From a virus (lineage: Duplodnaviria; Caudoviricetes): a stretch of 57,741 nt of DNA. A model generated the notes under the pieces. It was not told the DNA's origin, made no database searches, and saw only the letters and a list, made by a program, of their open reading frames with translations. The DNA lies in IMG/VR virus record IMGVR_UViG_3300042516_002128, positions 1 to 57,741 of that record; one strand, written 5' to 3'. This document shows positions 1-10,264 of the stretch, in pieces (position 1 is the stretch's first letter; the number at the start of each line of letters is the position of its first letter). Both the position numbers and the translations under genes were made by a program.

Positions 1-462
1 ACTTGCATTACCCGCACCAACCATTGTGTGTAACTCATCAATGAATATAATAACATTTGGTTCGTTTTGTAACTCATTTAAAATTGCTTTGATTCTCTCC
101 TCAAATTGTCCTCTATACTTTGTACCAGCAACTAATGAAGTTAAATCAAGTGACATTATTCGTTTATCTAAAAGATTAGTTGGACAATCACCTTTTACTA
201 TCATTAACGCAAGTTTTTCAACTAATGCGGATTTACCCACACCAGCATCACCAACAATAACTGCGTTGTTTTTCTTCTTTCTTGAAAGAATTTGTGCTAT
301 TCGTTTAACTTCTTTATCTCTCCCAATAACAGGGTCAATTTTACCTTCCTCAGCTAACTTATTGAGGTCTCTTGAAAAATTGTCAAGAATGGGTGTAGTT
401 GAACCTTTTTTGGTTCTTTTAGGGTTTGAAACCGGTCCCTCTTCGAAAAAATCTACTGACAT
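1..462 (-). CDS. ClpB/ClpC-family AAA+ ATPase, N-terminal part (runs off the window); lacks the Clp-N domain
   Basis: My translation from ATG at 462: MSVDFFEEG...[29 protein letters not shown]...[18 protein letters not shown] (Walker A)...[13 protein letters not shown]...IIFIDELH (Walker B). Absent from the ORF track because it has no stop in the window. Confidence 0.93.
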   Translation of the reverse strand, partial: MSVDFFEEGPVSNPKRTKKGSTTPILDNFSRDLNKLAEEGKIDPVIGRDKEVKRIAQILSRKKKNNAVIVGDAGVGKSALVEKLALMIVKGDCPTNLLDKRIMSLDLTSLVAGTKYRGQFEERIKAILNELQNEPNVIIFIDELHTMVGAGNAS

Positions 463-599
463 ATTATTTATAATTTTTGGTAAAGATACTAAAAATTTGT
501 TTCAAAAACAAGTTATGGGTAATTTTTCGTTCACAAGTAGTCAACATTATTGGTTTTTTATTTGATATTTATTGTGTATATTATCACAAAAATTATATT

Positions 600-845
600 A
601 TGGGTATTATTTCAGAAAAAATTGAGGGTAAGATGATTGAGGTAACTATCTCATCATCAAATCTTAAATCAGCAAAGTTCAATACAGAGGATGAAACTCT
701 ATTGATGGAATTTAATAACGGCTCTATTTATGAGTATGAAAAAGTTCCGTGGGAAATTTTTACTAAATTCAGAATGGCCGAATCACAGGGAAAATACTTT
801 AACGGAAACATTTCGAGAACATTTAAATATAAAAAGGTACAATGA
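600..845 (+). CDS. KTSC-domain protein
   Basis: SSSNLKSAKFN...LLMEFNNGSIYEYEKVP...AESQGKYFNGNI matches the KTSC pattern; ATG 600 preferred over the longer ORF-track start. Confidence 0.85.
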   Translation: MGIISEKIEGKMIEVTISSSNLKSAKFNTEDETLLMEFNNGSIYEYEKVPWEIFTKFRMAESQGKYFNGNISRTFKYKKVQ

Positions 846-1621
846 GTTTATTTGAAGAACTAATAGAAGATAAAGATGTTGACAAAGAGATTATTAAATC
901 TTTTAGGTCAAAAGATTCTTTGCCCGATACTATTTTTTCAAATGATAATGGTAACCACAAACTAAAAGATGAAATAAGAGAAAAATTATTAGAAATATCT
1001 AATGAATTTTTAGAATTTATCGGTATTGATTTTTTTGTATTTGACATTGTTTTAACCGGTTCATTAGCAAACTATAATTGGTCAAAATATTCGGATGTTG
1101 ATATACACATATTAATAGATTTTGATGAATTTAGTTCAGGAAAAGTAAGTTCCGAGGTTTATATGACAATTGTAAAAGAGTTTTTTGATTTAAAAAGACG
1201 ACTTTGGAATACCTCAACTGATATCTCAATTAAAAATTATGAAGTTGAATTGTATGTACAGGATGTTGATGATAAACATCTATCATCTGGTGTTTATTCA
1301 ATATTAAATAATGAATGGGTTGTTGAACCTCAGAAATCAAATCCAAAAATTGATGATGAAATAATACTTGAAAAAGGTGAGGAATACGCAAAACTAATTG
1401 ACGACCTTTCTGAAAAATCAGAACAGGATAATGACATCACAAAAGATTTAAACGAATTAAAATCAAAAATAAAAAAGTTCAGACAGAGTGGACTTGAAAG
1501 TGGTGGGGAGTATTCATATGAGAACCTAACATTTAAATTACTAAGAAGAAACGGGTATATTGAGAAATTGATGAAAATCAAAACTTCTATTAGAAATAAT
1601 AAATTGTCCCTCCCACAATAG
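842..1621 (+). CDS. Pol-beta-superfamily nucleotidyltransferase-like protein
   Basis: LTGSLANYNWSKYSDVDIH = hGS...DxD signature; candidate third acidic residue in VELYVQD. Confidence 0.7.
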   Translation: MSLFEELIEDKDVDKEIIKSFRSKDSLPDTIFSNDNGNHKLKDEIREKLLEISNEFLEFIGIDFFVFDIVLTGSLANYNWSKYSDVDIHILIDFDEFSSGKVSSEVYMTIVKEFFDLKRRLWNTSTDISIKNYEVELYVQDVDDKHLSSGVYSILNNEWVVEPQKSNPKIDDEIILEKGEEYAKLIDDLSEKSEQDNDITKDLNELKSKIKKFRQSGLESGGEYSYENLTFKLLRRNGYIEKLMKIKTSIRNNKLSLPQ

Positions 1622-1650
1622 AAAACTTAAATTTTTTACCTATATGCATG

Positions 1651-1657
1651 TATTTAT
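1651..1657 (+). promoter_or_regulatory. TATTTAT putative late promoter
   Basis: Motif recurs upstream of nearly all structural operon starts (see findings). Confidence 0.55.
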
Positions 1658-1695
1658 AGGATAACGAAGAATAATATATTTAACAATTAACAAAA

Positions 1696-2694
1696 ATGGC
1701 AGACTTAAAACCACTAGGAAGTGAGAAACTTAACGGAGACGATAAACTTAAACGTATCCTTGAGTTGACTTATTACGGTAATAAACAAAATACCAAGTCA
1801 TCACATTCATCTACATCTAAAGTTGAACGTATAACAGAATCATCAAATGGTGTTTTTGGTATCGTTAAAGAAAAAGACGGTTACTATGTAAAAAAAGGTT
1901 TGAATGAAAATTCACTTGATTATATCGGTGGTCTTTTCATGAAAAACAAAAACCGATTTAATTCATATGCGGATGCTGATAAAAGAATGAACTTATTAAG
2001 TGGCTCGGAATTAAACGAAGCTACAAAATATGTTTTAAAACAAAATAAACCAGAATCTGAATCAATGCCACCTTCAGATGATATGGGTACAGAAATGCCA
2101 CCTATGGATTCAGAACAACCTATGGGTGCACCATTACCTTCAGATGAAATGGGTACAGAAATGCCACCTTCAGATGATATGGGAACAGAAATGTCACCTT
2201 CAGATGAAATGGGTGGAGAATCTAAACCTTCAGATTATATGGCTGAAGTTCAAAAATTCTCAGGTAAGTTAGGTCAAGAATTGAGAGACCAAAAATCTAA
2301 AATGGAAAGTGATGATATTAAATACGTACTTAACATGATTATTTCAGCTGTTGATTTAAATAAACTTGAAGATGAGGATATTGAAGAAATAGGTAAGAAA
2401 TTTGATAGAGAAGCGGAAGAAGATGCCGATTCTAACGTTGAAACTCCTGATGTTCCATCGGATGATGAAGAAGCACCATCAGAACCAACAGGCGATGAAG
2501 AATTAGGTGAGACAATGGATAAATTACAAAAATTCTTAAATACGCCAGCAGTACAAGATGAAGAAATTGACCTATCAAAATATGCTGACTTAGGTACTCC
2601 AAATGAAGAAGAAATTAAAGAATTAGATTTGGATGAAATTAAAAGTGAAATTAATAAAAGTATTTCTGAAACTTTAGGAAAATATTTCAAGTAA
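1696..2694 (+). CDS. Acidic hypothetical protein with MPPSDxMG repeats; candidate head internal/core protein
   Basis: 332-aa ORF, D/E-rich, preceded by TATTTAT, LNEA-type sites. Confidence 0.6.
   Translation: MADLKPLGSEKLNGDDKLKRILELTYYGNKQNTKSSHSSTSKVERITESSNGVFGIVKEKDGYYVKKGLNENSLDYIGGLFMKNKNRFNSYADADKRMNLLSGSELNEATKYVLKQNKPESESMPPSDDMGTEMPPMDSEQPMGAPLPSDEMGTEMPPSDDMGTEMSPSDEMGGESKPSDYMAEVQKFSGKLGQELRDQKSKMESDDIKYVLNMIISAVDLNKLEDEDIEEIGKKFDREAEEDADSNVETPDVPSDDEEAPSEPTGDEELGETMDKLQKFLNTPAVQDEEIDLSKYADLGTPNEEEIKELDLDEIKSEINKSISETLGKYFK
2065..2217 (+). repeat. Imperfect in-frame 30-bp tandem repeats (MPPSDDMGTE)
   Basis: atgccaccttcagatgatatgggtacagaa-like units recur about 4-5 times. Confidence 0.8.
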
Positions 2695-2695
2695 G

Positions 2696-3097
2696 ATGCG
2701 TTTAATATATGTTAATGAGATTGGTTCCGATTATAAAGGTCAAAAACAGTACGAATTCATTTTTAGTGAAAGTACTGAAATTGACATGGAAGAATGGTTT
2801 GATATACCAGCCTCATCAACAGTAAGTCCTAAATCTCCGGATGTAAAATATATAGACCAAGTTGGTCTTTTACGTGACACCGACGTAGTTTTTGAATTGA
2901 TACAAAATTCTGACTATTTCGGTGTTATTGATGCTGTAGATGGTATAATCGCTATGGCTTGGGAAAAATCAAACTTCGATATGGAGGATGATAGATTATT
3001 TTTCCGTTTTGGTGAATCATACGAAAAGGTAACAGATAAACTAAAATCGAGAGATTTAAAATTAGAAAAACAAGATTTAAAATTTAAAATATCATGA
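2696..3097 (+). CDS. Hypothetical protein
   Basis: 133-aa ORF tightly coupled to both neighbours. Confidence 0.75.
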   Translation: MRLIYVNEIGSDYKGQKQYEFIFSESTEIDMEEWFDIPASSTVSPKSPDVKYIDQVGLLRDTDVVFELIQNSDYFGVIDAVDGIIAMAWEKSNFDMEDDRLFFRFGESYEKVTDKLKSRDLKLEKQDLKFKIS

Positions 3098-3735
3098 CAA
3101 CAAGAAAAGAATTTGTAAGAAAATTATTATCGGAAGGGTTTAATAGAAGTACCATCATTATGATGAGTGACAATGAACTTAAAACCCTATGTAAAACACT
3201 ATTTAATGAAAGTGTTATGGTTAAAAAGGGTGGTGCAACCGAAAAAACAGATATTGCAAACGCAATGAAACAAGGTAAAACTATTGAAACTTACGAAGGT
3301 AAAGAAGATGTTTGTCCTATTTGTGGAATGAAAGAATGTACATGTAAAGATAAAAAACATGGAAAGAAAACAAAAAACATAAAAGGAAAAAAAGAAAATA
3401 CGGAATTATCAGAATGGGTGTTATCTTTGGCGGAAAGTAAATTTACAAAATTCACATCTAAAAAAGATATTATGAGTATTATTAATGAAAAGGTAATGAC
3501 AACATCAAACCCAATGCCGGGTAAAGCTAAAATTGGACACAACGGTGTTCCCGAATTTATGACTTATGATTCGATTGTTGGTAATCAACCATCAACCGCT
3601 CCGTCACCAAATCAACCTGAAGTTTTACCTGACGCACCACCAAGAGAAAAACCGAATAAACCTAAAACTCCATATGAACCAGGACCTGGAACAAATCCAA
3701 AACCTAAAGCATTATCAGAAAAGAAAAATAAATAA
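3094..3735 (+). CDS. Hypothetical protein with CPIC-x4-CTC motif and Pro-rich tail
   Basis: 213-aa ORF with ATGA overlap. Confidence 0.7.
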   Translation: MTTRKEFVRKLLSEGFNRSTIIMMSDNELKTLCKTLFNESVMVKKGGATEKTDIANAMKQGKTIETYEGKEDVCPICGMKECTCKDKKHGKKTKNIKGKKENTELSEWVLSLAESKFTKFTSKKDIMSIINEKVMTTSNPMPGKAKIGHNGVPEFMTYDSIVGNQPSTAPSPNQPEVLPDAPPREKPNKPKTPYEPGPGTNPKPKALSEKKNK

Positions 3736-3741
3736 TTTAAA

Positions 3742-5073
3742 ATGGAATTTACTAAAAAAATTTTGTTATCTTTACTCAAAGAAAATATTGAAGAGATGGC
3801 AATGAGTTTTGACACACCAGATAGACCCGACCAAGGGGTACAAAATAAATTATCGCAAGGTGACACCCCACTTAAAAAAATCCCATTACCAAATGCGGAA
3901 CAACCAAATAATAACTTTCAGGAACTATTAGCGTCTGAAAGATACAAACAAGTAATCGCAAGAGTTAGGGAATATACCGGTATTAATACACCACTAACAG
4001 GGGGTTCTAATATTATGCCATTAGCTCAAATGATGATGACGGCTCACAATCAAATAATCCAAACTGAAAGAGCACATAGAGAACAATTAGAACAATTAGC
4101 CGTTGAATTGGTAATGAAAGAAATGGGTATACCAGAAGGAGCGTTACAATTTAACGCTAAAATTGTCGGTATGGGTGAAATTGGGACTAATGATTTCAAT
4201 AGAGAAATGGAGCAACAACCAAATATTGAGCCTGTTGATATTGAAACAGATTTGATGGATGATTTGGAAAAAATTGATTTGGAAAAAGCCAAAAGAAGAT
4301 TAATTAATAATATGATACAAGGTGCATCAAAAAAGGGTCACTATATGTATCATTATGTTGCAGATAAAATCGAAGAAATAACTGGTTCAGAGGATTTAAT
4401 TAACCAATATGGTGTGTTGATGTCAATAAATGATACTCTTTATTGGCAATTAAGTGACGATATGATGAAACAAATGATGGGTGGTGCCGGTGGTGGCGGT
4501 TCTGTTGGTGGTAAAGAAGAAGTCGATAGAAACACAAACCCACCAACTATCATTGCAAGAGGTATTAATTTCCCAATATTGGTTCACGAATTAATTAAAG
4601 GAACACTTGAATTGTTCGCAATCCAAGGAAGACCAACGGACGAGGAGGGTAACGAATCTGAGAATTGGGGTGAAATTGAGGGTTCTGAAGATACATTAGA
4701 AAAAGAAGTATGGGATTTAAGATTAGGACCAGCAATATGGGATAGAATAAGAAACCAATTTCCTGAAAGTATTTTAACTGATGAGAATAAAGCAGAATTA
4801 CAGAACTATCTTTTAGTTGAAATATTTAAATTACCAGCAAAACAATTTTTAGTTTTCATGAAAGAAGTCGTTTCGGGTTCTGAAAATGGTAAAAGATTGA
4901 TGAATGAATTAATGTCAGGTGTCGACCAAATGTTTAGAGACCAAGATTATCAAAACGCAATTGCATCATTTAATGACGATTTAAATGATGTTACCGATGA
5001 TACTGATGATGACGACTTAGATGACTTTTTAAGTCAAATGGGAATTCGAAGAGCGGATGACGATGATGAATAA
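3742..5073 (+). CDS. Hypothetical protein upstream of TerL
   Basis: 443-aa ORF, acidic C-terminus, HELIKG motif; function unknown. Confidence 0.75.
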   Translation: MEFTKKILLSLLKENIEEMAMSFDTPDRPDQGVQNKLSQGDTPLKKIPLPNAEQPNNNFQELLASERYKQVIARVREYTGINTPLTGGSNIMPLAQMMMTAHNQIIQTERAHREQLEQLAVELVMKEMGIPEGALQFNAKIVGMGEIGTNDFNREMEQQPNIEPVDIETDLMDDLEKIDLEKAKRRLINNMIQGASKKGHYMYHYVADKIEEITGSEDLINQYGVLMSINDTLYWQLSDDMMKQMMGGAGGGGSVGGKEEVDRNTNPPTIIARGINFPILVHELIKGTLELFAIQGRPTDEEGNESENWGEIEGSEDTLEKEVWDLRLGPAIWDRIRNQFPESILTDENKAELQNYLLVEIFKLPAKQFLVFMKEVVSGSENGKRLMNELMSGVDQMFRDQDYQNAIASFNDDLNDVTDDTDDDDLDDFLSQMGIRRADDDDE

Positions 5074-5094
5074 ATTATGAATGAATAAATAGTT

Positions 5095-5119
5095 AAGGGG
5101 GTTTTTACCCCCTTTTTTT
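5095..5119 (+). terminator. Intrinsic terminator
   Basis: AAGGGGG-TTTTTA-CCCCC followed by T7. Confidence 0.8.
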
Positions 5120-5131
5120 ATATTTATATAT

Positions 5132-6901
5132 ATGAATAGTAAAATAGAGCAATTAAAAGAGTATGCTCGTATTATGAAAGACGCTCCATATGCATTAAAG
5201 ACATATTTGACGACTTATGATAATACACAAAAGAAATATGTTCCTTTAGAACTTTTTGATGACCAAATTCAACTAATAAAGGACTATGAAACATACAACG
5301 AAAATATCACAAGAAAATACAGACAGGCCGGTGTTTCTACCGTAACTGCTGCATGGATATCAAAAAAATTACAAACAGCAAAACATGATGAACCTGAAAG
5401 GGTTTTGATTATTGCAAACAAAAGAGATACCGCTATTGAGATGGCTAATAAAGTTAGACATTTCTTAGACCAATGGCCGGATTGGATTAATGTTGGGTTC
5501 TCCCCCGATAAAAACTCAGAAAGTAGATTTAGATTAAATAATGGATGTGAGGTTAAAGCCGTTGCAACATCTGCGGATGCGTTACGTGGTTACACCCCAA
5601 CTATCTTAGTATTTGACGAGGCCGCATACATTGAAGCTGGTGATGATTTTTGGGCGGCATCTATGGCATCCCTATCAACGGGTGGTAAGATTATTCTTAT
5701 TTCAACACCTAATGGTTATGACCCAATTTATTATGGTGTATATGACCAAGCAATTCGAGGTATGAATGATTTTCATATAACGGATTTAAGGTGGTTTAAA
5801 GACCCTCGTTACACTAAAGACCTAAGATGGGTTAAATGTAGTGATATCGTTCATTATATGTTAAATAGAGAACAATACAATGATGATGATGTTGTTCTAC
5901 ATGACTTTGACCTTGAAAAATATGTGGAACTACATGAATTGGGATATAAACCCTTTTCATCATGGTTTGAATCCATGTCTAAAAAATTCAAATATGATAG
6001 AAGAAAAATTGCACAAGAATTAGAGTGTGACTTTTTAGGTTCAGGGGATGGTGTTATTCCGGGTGAAATACAGGAAAATATTGCAAAGAATATGATTCGT
6101 GTACCAAAAGAAAAATACATGCAGGGTACATTCTGGCATTGGAAAGAACCTGTTCAAGGACATAGATATATTATGGGAGTGGATGTAAGTAGAGGAGATA
6201 GTGAGGATTTTTCTTCAATTAATATAGTTGATTTCGATGAAAGAGAACAAGTTGCTGAATATATTGGTAAAATACCACCTGATGATTTAGCATCCGTTGC
6301 TTATAAATGGGGAATCCTATATGACGCATTTATTGTAATTGATATCACCGGAGGTATGGGTGTTGCAACATCAAGGAAATTACAAGAATTAAATTACAAG
6401 AATCTTTATATTGATGGGGTTAACACTAAAAATATATGGGAATACAATTCAAAAGCCATGGAGAAAATTCCGGGATTGAATTTTAACAATAAAAGAACAC
6501 AAATCGTTGCAGCATTTGAGGAACAACTTAGAAAAGGTTTCTTAGTAAGGTCAAGTCGTTTATTAAATGAATTGAACACCTTTGTTTATATGAATGGTAG
6601 ACCCGACCATATGAAAGGAGCTCATGATGACTCAATAATGAGTTTATCTATGGCACTATACGCCGGAGATATGTGTTTTAATCAATTACAAAGAAGTGAT
6701 TCGGCTAATAAAGCAATGTTAGAATCATGGACAGTTACCGAAAGAACATACGAACCAAACAAATCATTTTATTCATATGGTACCGCTTTTGACCAAATTG
6801 GTTCTATGGGTATGGATAATAATCCGGCGTTCCCTCAACAAGGTACGGCAACAAAGGAACAATATAAAGAATATTCATGGTTGTTTGGTAAAAAACGATA
6901 A
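5132..6901 (+). CDS. terL: Terminase large subunit (T4 gp17-like)
   Basis: KYRQAGVST Walker-A-like, LVFDEAA Walker B, ISTPNG, QELECDFLGS, GVDVSRG nuclease motif, HDDSIMS. Confidence 0.95.
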   Translation: MNSKIEQLKEYARIMKDAPYALKTYLTTYDNTQKKYVPLELFDDQIQLIKDYETYNENITRKYRQAGVSTVTAAWISKKLQTAKHDEPERVLIIANKRDTAIEMANKVRHFLDQWPDWINVGFSPDKNSESRFRLNNGCEVKAVATSADALRGYTPTILVFDEAAYIEAGDDFWAASMASLSTGGKIILISTPNGYDPIYYGVYDQAIRGMNDFHITDLRWFKDPRYTKDLRWVKCSDIVHYMLNREQYNDDDVVLHDFDLEKYVELHELGYKPFSSWFESMSKKFKYDRRKIAQELECDFLGSGDGVIPGEIQENIAKNMIRVPKEKYMQGTFWHWKEPVQGHRYIMGVDVSRGDSEDFSSINIVDFDEREQVAEYIGKIPPDDLASVAYKWGILYDAFIVIDITGGMGVATSRKLQELNYKNLYIDGVNTKNIWEYNSKAMEKIPGLNFNNKRTQIVAAFEEQLRKGFLVRSSRLLNELNTFVYMNGRPDHMKGAHDDSIMSLSMALYAGDMCFNQLQRSDSANKAMLESWTVTERTYEPNKSFYSYGTAFDQIGSMGMDNNPAFPQQGTATKEQYKEYSWLFGKKR

Positions 6902-6956
6902 TCCTTTATTATGACAATTAAAATACTTATATTCTAAATCAAAACTATTTATATAC

Positions 6957-8771
6957 ATGGCTACAACAGATAATAAAACAGTATTTCAGAGACTCACACA
7001 AATGTTTGGTTACCCAAATAAGGTGAAACCTGAAGACGCTCCGTCCTATAATTTCAATAAAGACGAAATATTAAAAACAAGTAGTAGAGAAGAATACGAA
7101 AAAAGTTTATTACAATTACAACAGTCAAATTATATTGCAGACAAATGGACTAAATTAGACCAATCTCTATATAACCAATCGGTTTATTACGAACCAACAA
7201 GAATATCCGCATATTATGATTATGAATCTATGGAGTTTACTCCTGAGATATCTGCCGCACTTGACATTTACGCTGAGGAATCAACAACTTTATCTGAAAA
7301 AGGTGAACTTATTACTATATTTTCGGAGTCAACAAGAGTTAAAGAAATTTTAGAAGATTTATTTAAAAATAGATTAGACTTGAATACTAATTTACAGATG
7401 TGGACAAGAGGTATGTGTAAGTATGGTGATGATTTTGTTTATTTAAAGATAGACCCAGAAAAGGGTATTGTTGGATGTCAACAATTACCAAATGTTGAGG
7501 TTGAAAGACTTGAAGGAAAAGAATCAAAAACACCGGGTCAACAAAGTTCAATGAACCTACCATCACGAGAATTAAGATTTAATTGGAAAAATAAAGATAT
7601 TGAATTTCAAGCTTGGGAAATCGCTCATTTTAGATTATTGGGTGATGATAGAAAATTACCTTACGGTACATCTATGTTGGATAAGATTAGAAGAATTTGG
7701 AAACAATTACTTCTTGCTGAAGATGCGATGTTAATTTATAGAACAACGAGAGCACCCGAAAGACGTGTGTTTAAAGTGTTCGTTGGTAACATGGACGATA
7801 AAGATATCGAAGCTTACGTACAACGTGTGGCAAATAAATTTAAAAGAGACCAAGTAGTTGATTCAAGAAATGGACAGGTGGATATGAGATACAATCAGAT
7901 GGCGGTAGACCAAGATTTCTTTATTCCTGTTCGTGATGCGGCACAAACCAGTCCAATTGAAACATTACCGGGAGCACAGAACTTAGGTGAAATAGCAGAT
8001 ATTGAATATATTCAAAAGAAAATGTTAGCAGCACTTCGTATCCCTAAAGCGTTTTTAGGTTTTGAGGAAGTTGTTGGTGATGGTAAGACTTTAGCATTAA
8101 TGGATATTCGTTTTGCTAGAACAATTAACCGTATTCAAAAATCGTTAGTTCAAGAATTAAATAAAATTGCATTAATTCACCTTTACCTTCTTGGTTTGGA
8201 AGATGAATTAAATAATTTTTCATTGTCGTTAACTAATCCATCGGCTCAATCTGATTTATTAAGAATTGAACAATGGAAAGAAAAAGTACAATTATATAAG
8301 GACGCAACATCAGACCAATCTCAAGTTGGTATTCTTCCGGTGTCACATACTTGGGCTAAGAAAAATATCCTTGGTATGAGTGATTCTGAAGTTATGTTAG
8401 ATTTACAACAACAAAGACTTGAAAGAGCAATTGGATTTGAGTTAACAAATACTCAAAATGTAATTAAGCGTTCTGGTGTATTTGATGATGTGGATAGTAA
8501 ATACGGTGTACCCGAAAGTGAAAGAACTCAGGGAGGTGAAACACCTGAAGGAGGAGTAATGGGTGGTGATATGGGTGGTGATATGGGTGGAGCACCACCG
8601 CCGCCACCATCGGGAGGTGAAGTACCATTGAGTGAAAATGAAACAAAAAAGAACAATATTCTAAGTTTATTGGGTGATGATAATAAATTAAATGATTTAT
8701 TTGATTACGATAAAGCACAACAGAATATTTATGAAATAGAAAATAAATTAAAAGATATATTAAATCAATAA
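6957..8771 (+). CDS. Portal protein (T4 gp20-like)
   Basis: LLAEDAMLIYRTTRAPERRVFKVFVGNM, IETLPGAQNLGEIADIEY, ALRIPKAFL are gp20 hallmarks. Confidence 0.95.
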   Translation: MATTDNKTVFQRLTQMFGYPNKVKPEDAPSYNFNKDEILKTSSREEYEKSLLQLQQSNYIADKWTKLDQSLYNQSVYYEPTRISAYYDYESMEFTPEISAALDIYAEESTTLSEKGELITIFSESTRVKEILEDLFKNRLDLNTNLQMWTRGMCKYGDDFVYLKIDPEKGIVGCQQLPNVEVERLEGKESKTPGQQSSMNLPSRELRFNWKNKDIEFQAWEIAHFRLLGDDRKLPYGTSMLDKIRRIWKQLLLAEDAMLIYRTTRAPERRVFKVFVGNMDDKDIEAYVQRVANKFKRDQVVDSRNGQVDMRYNQMAVDQDFFIPVRDAAQTSPIETLPGAQNLGEIADIEYIQKKMLAALRIPKAFLGFEEVVGDGKTLALMDIRFARTINRIQKSLVQELNKIALIHLYLLGLEDELNNFSLSLTNPSAQSDLLRIEQWKEKVQLYKDATSDQSQVGILPVSHTWAKKNILGMSDSEVMLDLQQQRLERAIGFELTNTQNVIKRSGVFDDVDSKYGVPESERTQGGETPEGGVMGGDMGGDMGGAPPPPPSGGEVPLSENETKKNNILSLLGDDNKLNDLFDYDKAQQNIYEIENKLKDILNQ

Positions 8772-8775
8772 AAAG

Positions 8776-9519
8776 ATGTCAAACTTCGGTGAAATAAAAT
8801 CAAAACTGTTAACTAAGTTAACTGAATCTTATAACTCAGGAAATAAAAATGAGTTAAAAGACCTAATTAAAAAATTAAAATCAAACAAAAATTTGGTTGA
8901 GATGCATAATTTCTATGAAGAAATGGAAAGTATGTACTTCCCAAATAAAGATGCCGCAAAATTATACGTTGAAACTTTAGAACCTCACTTTATTGAAAAA
9001 ATGAAAACTCTATCTTCCGATTTAAAGGACATGGGTAAATCATTAAAAGATGTGGTATCAGAGAGTAATGAAGTATATGAATTTTTAGATGTATTGTCAG
9101 AAGACAATAATATTCACAATATTTCTAAGAAGATTAATGCAAGAGAAAATTTTATTAAATTTCTAACAACAAAAAAATCTGTTAAGAAAGAAGAAGAACC
9201 AACTGTTCAATTTGAAAACCACACTTTATTAAACACAGTATTGGTGGGTAACTTTAATACTAAATTTACAGATTTTTTAAATGACGAGCAAAAAGAAACG
9301 TTTACAAAAATTGTTTCAATGACAGAATCGGAATTAGAAACCGAAACGCAAAAAATTAAATCTGAAATTAATCAGAAAATAGAATCTATATTGAAAGAAT
9401 CTACGGATAGTATAATGGATGAAAAATTAAATAAAGTAAAAGAGGATTTAAACGAATCTGAATTAACCAAATACAATTATTTTAAAATGACCGAACTAAA
9501 AAAAGGTCTTATTAGTTAA
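8776..9519 (+). CDS. Hypothetical helical protein in the head module
   Basis: 247-aa ORF directly after portal. Confidence 0.75.
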   Translation: MSNFGEIKSKLLTKLTESYNSGNKNELKDLIKKLKSNKNLVEMHNFYEEMESMYFPNKDAAKLYVETLEPHFIEKMKTLSSDLKDMGKSLKDVVSESNEVYEFLDVLSEDNNIHNISKKINARENFIKFLTTKKSVKKEEEPTVQFENHTLLNTVLVGNFNTKFTDFLNDEQKETFTKIVSMTESELETETQKIKSEINQKIESILKESTDSIMDEKLNKVKEDLNESELTKYNYFKMTELKKGLIS

Positions 9520-9709
9520 TTAATTCTTGGTCGATTAATTGTTGTTTATAAACCGCTTTTAATTTTTGACTTCTTCTAACAACTGAAGGTTTAGTAAACG
9601 ATTGACGTTCTCTTAATTTTTCAGTTTGTTTAGTCTTTTGAACCTTGTATTTGTACTTTTTAAGTGCAGATTCAAGGTTTTTTTCTTTGATTACGTCTAT
9701 TATTATCAT
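9512..9709 (-). CDS. rpsU: Phage-encoded 30S ribosomal protein bS21
   Basis: From ATG 9709: MIIIDVIKEKNLESALKKYKYKVQKTKQTEKLRERQSFTKPSVVRRSQKLKAVYKQ (65 aa). ALK+YK, LRER-F-KPS-RR pattern of bS21, with Bacteroidota-like KAxY tail. Confidence 0.92.
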   Translation of the reverse strand: MIIIDVIKEKNLESALKKYKYKVQKTKQTEKLRERQSFTKPSVVRRSQKLKAVYKQQLIDQELIN

Positions 9710-9803
9710 ATTTTTTTTAAAGATAAGAAAATTATTTTGATTTTCTAAGTTAATTGTGTATATTTTAAATACACCATAAATTATGTAAGTATGAAAACAG
9801 CAA

Positions 9804-10229
9804 ATGAAAAAAGGGAAATTTATAACGATTGGTGTCCACAACAATGTTAAATTGGGATACGGTACGGTCGATTTTAAAAATTTAAAAACAATCTATGTCC
9901 AATTAAATTCGTGGACACAACCGTTAGAGGAGAGTTGTAACTTTGATAAAATAATTTCAAAGACAAGAAGACAAATAAAAGAAAACATCTATAACTTAAA
10001 TTCTGAATTTTTTAAACCAGAATCAATAGTTGATTTAGATATAAAAACCAACGGAATAAAATCCGATAAAAGGTCATTTATGGACTTGGAGATAACATTA
10101 TATGTCACCAAGCAATTTGATATTAGGTCAAACGAAGTAAAAGAAACAATATTAAATCTATCAAAAAATGTAATAGATACCGCTCTTGTTGAGAAAACTT
10201 TATTTAATTTCTTCGAAAAGAAGAATTAA
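9804..10229 (+). CDS. Hypothetical protein
   Basis: 141-aa ORF divergent from bS21; upstream TTTG-N19-TATATTTT. Confidence 0.75.
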   Translation: MKKGKFITIGVHNNVKLGYGTVDFKNLKTIYVQLNSWTQPLEESCNFDKIISKTRRQIKENIYNLNSEFFKPESIVDLDIKTNGIKSDKRSFMDLEITLYVTKQFDIRSNEVKETILNLSKNVIDTALVEKTLFNFFEKKN

Positions 10230-10264
10230 TTAAGGTTTCGGGGTATTTATTATAAAAAAGTTAG

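Noticed and set aside
26-565. 179-aa + strand ORF
   Set aside because: Antisense shadow of the Clp ATPase, which carries the real motifs.
4575-4610. HELIKG as a zinc metalloprotease motif
   Set aside because: The second His of HExxH is absent, so protease activity cannot be supported.
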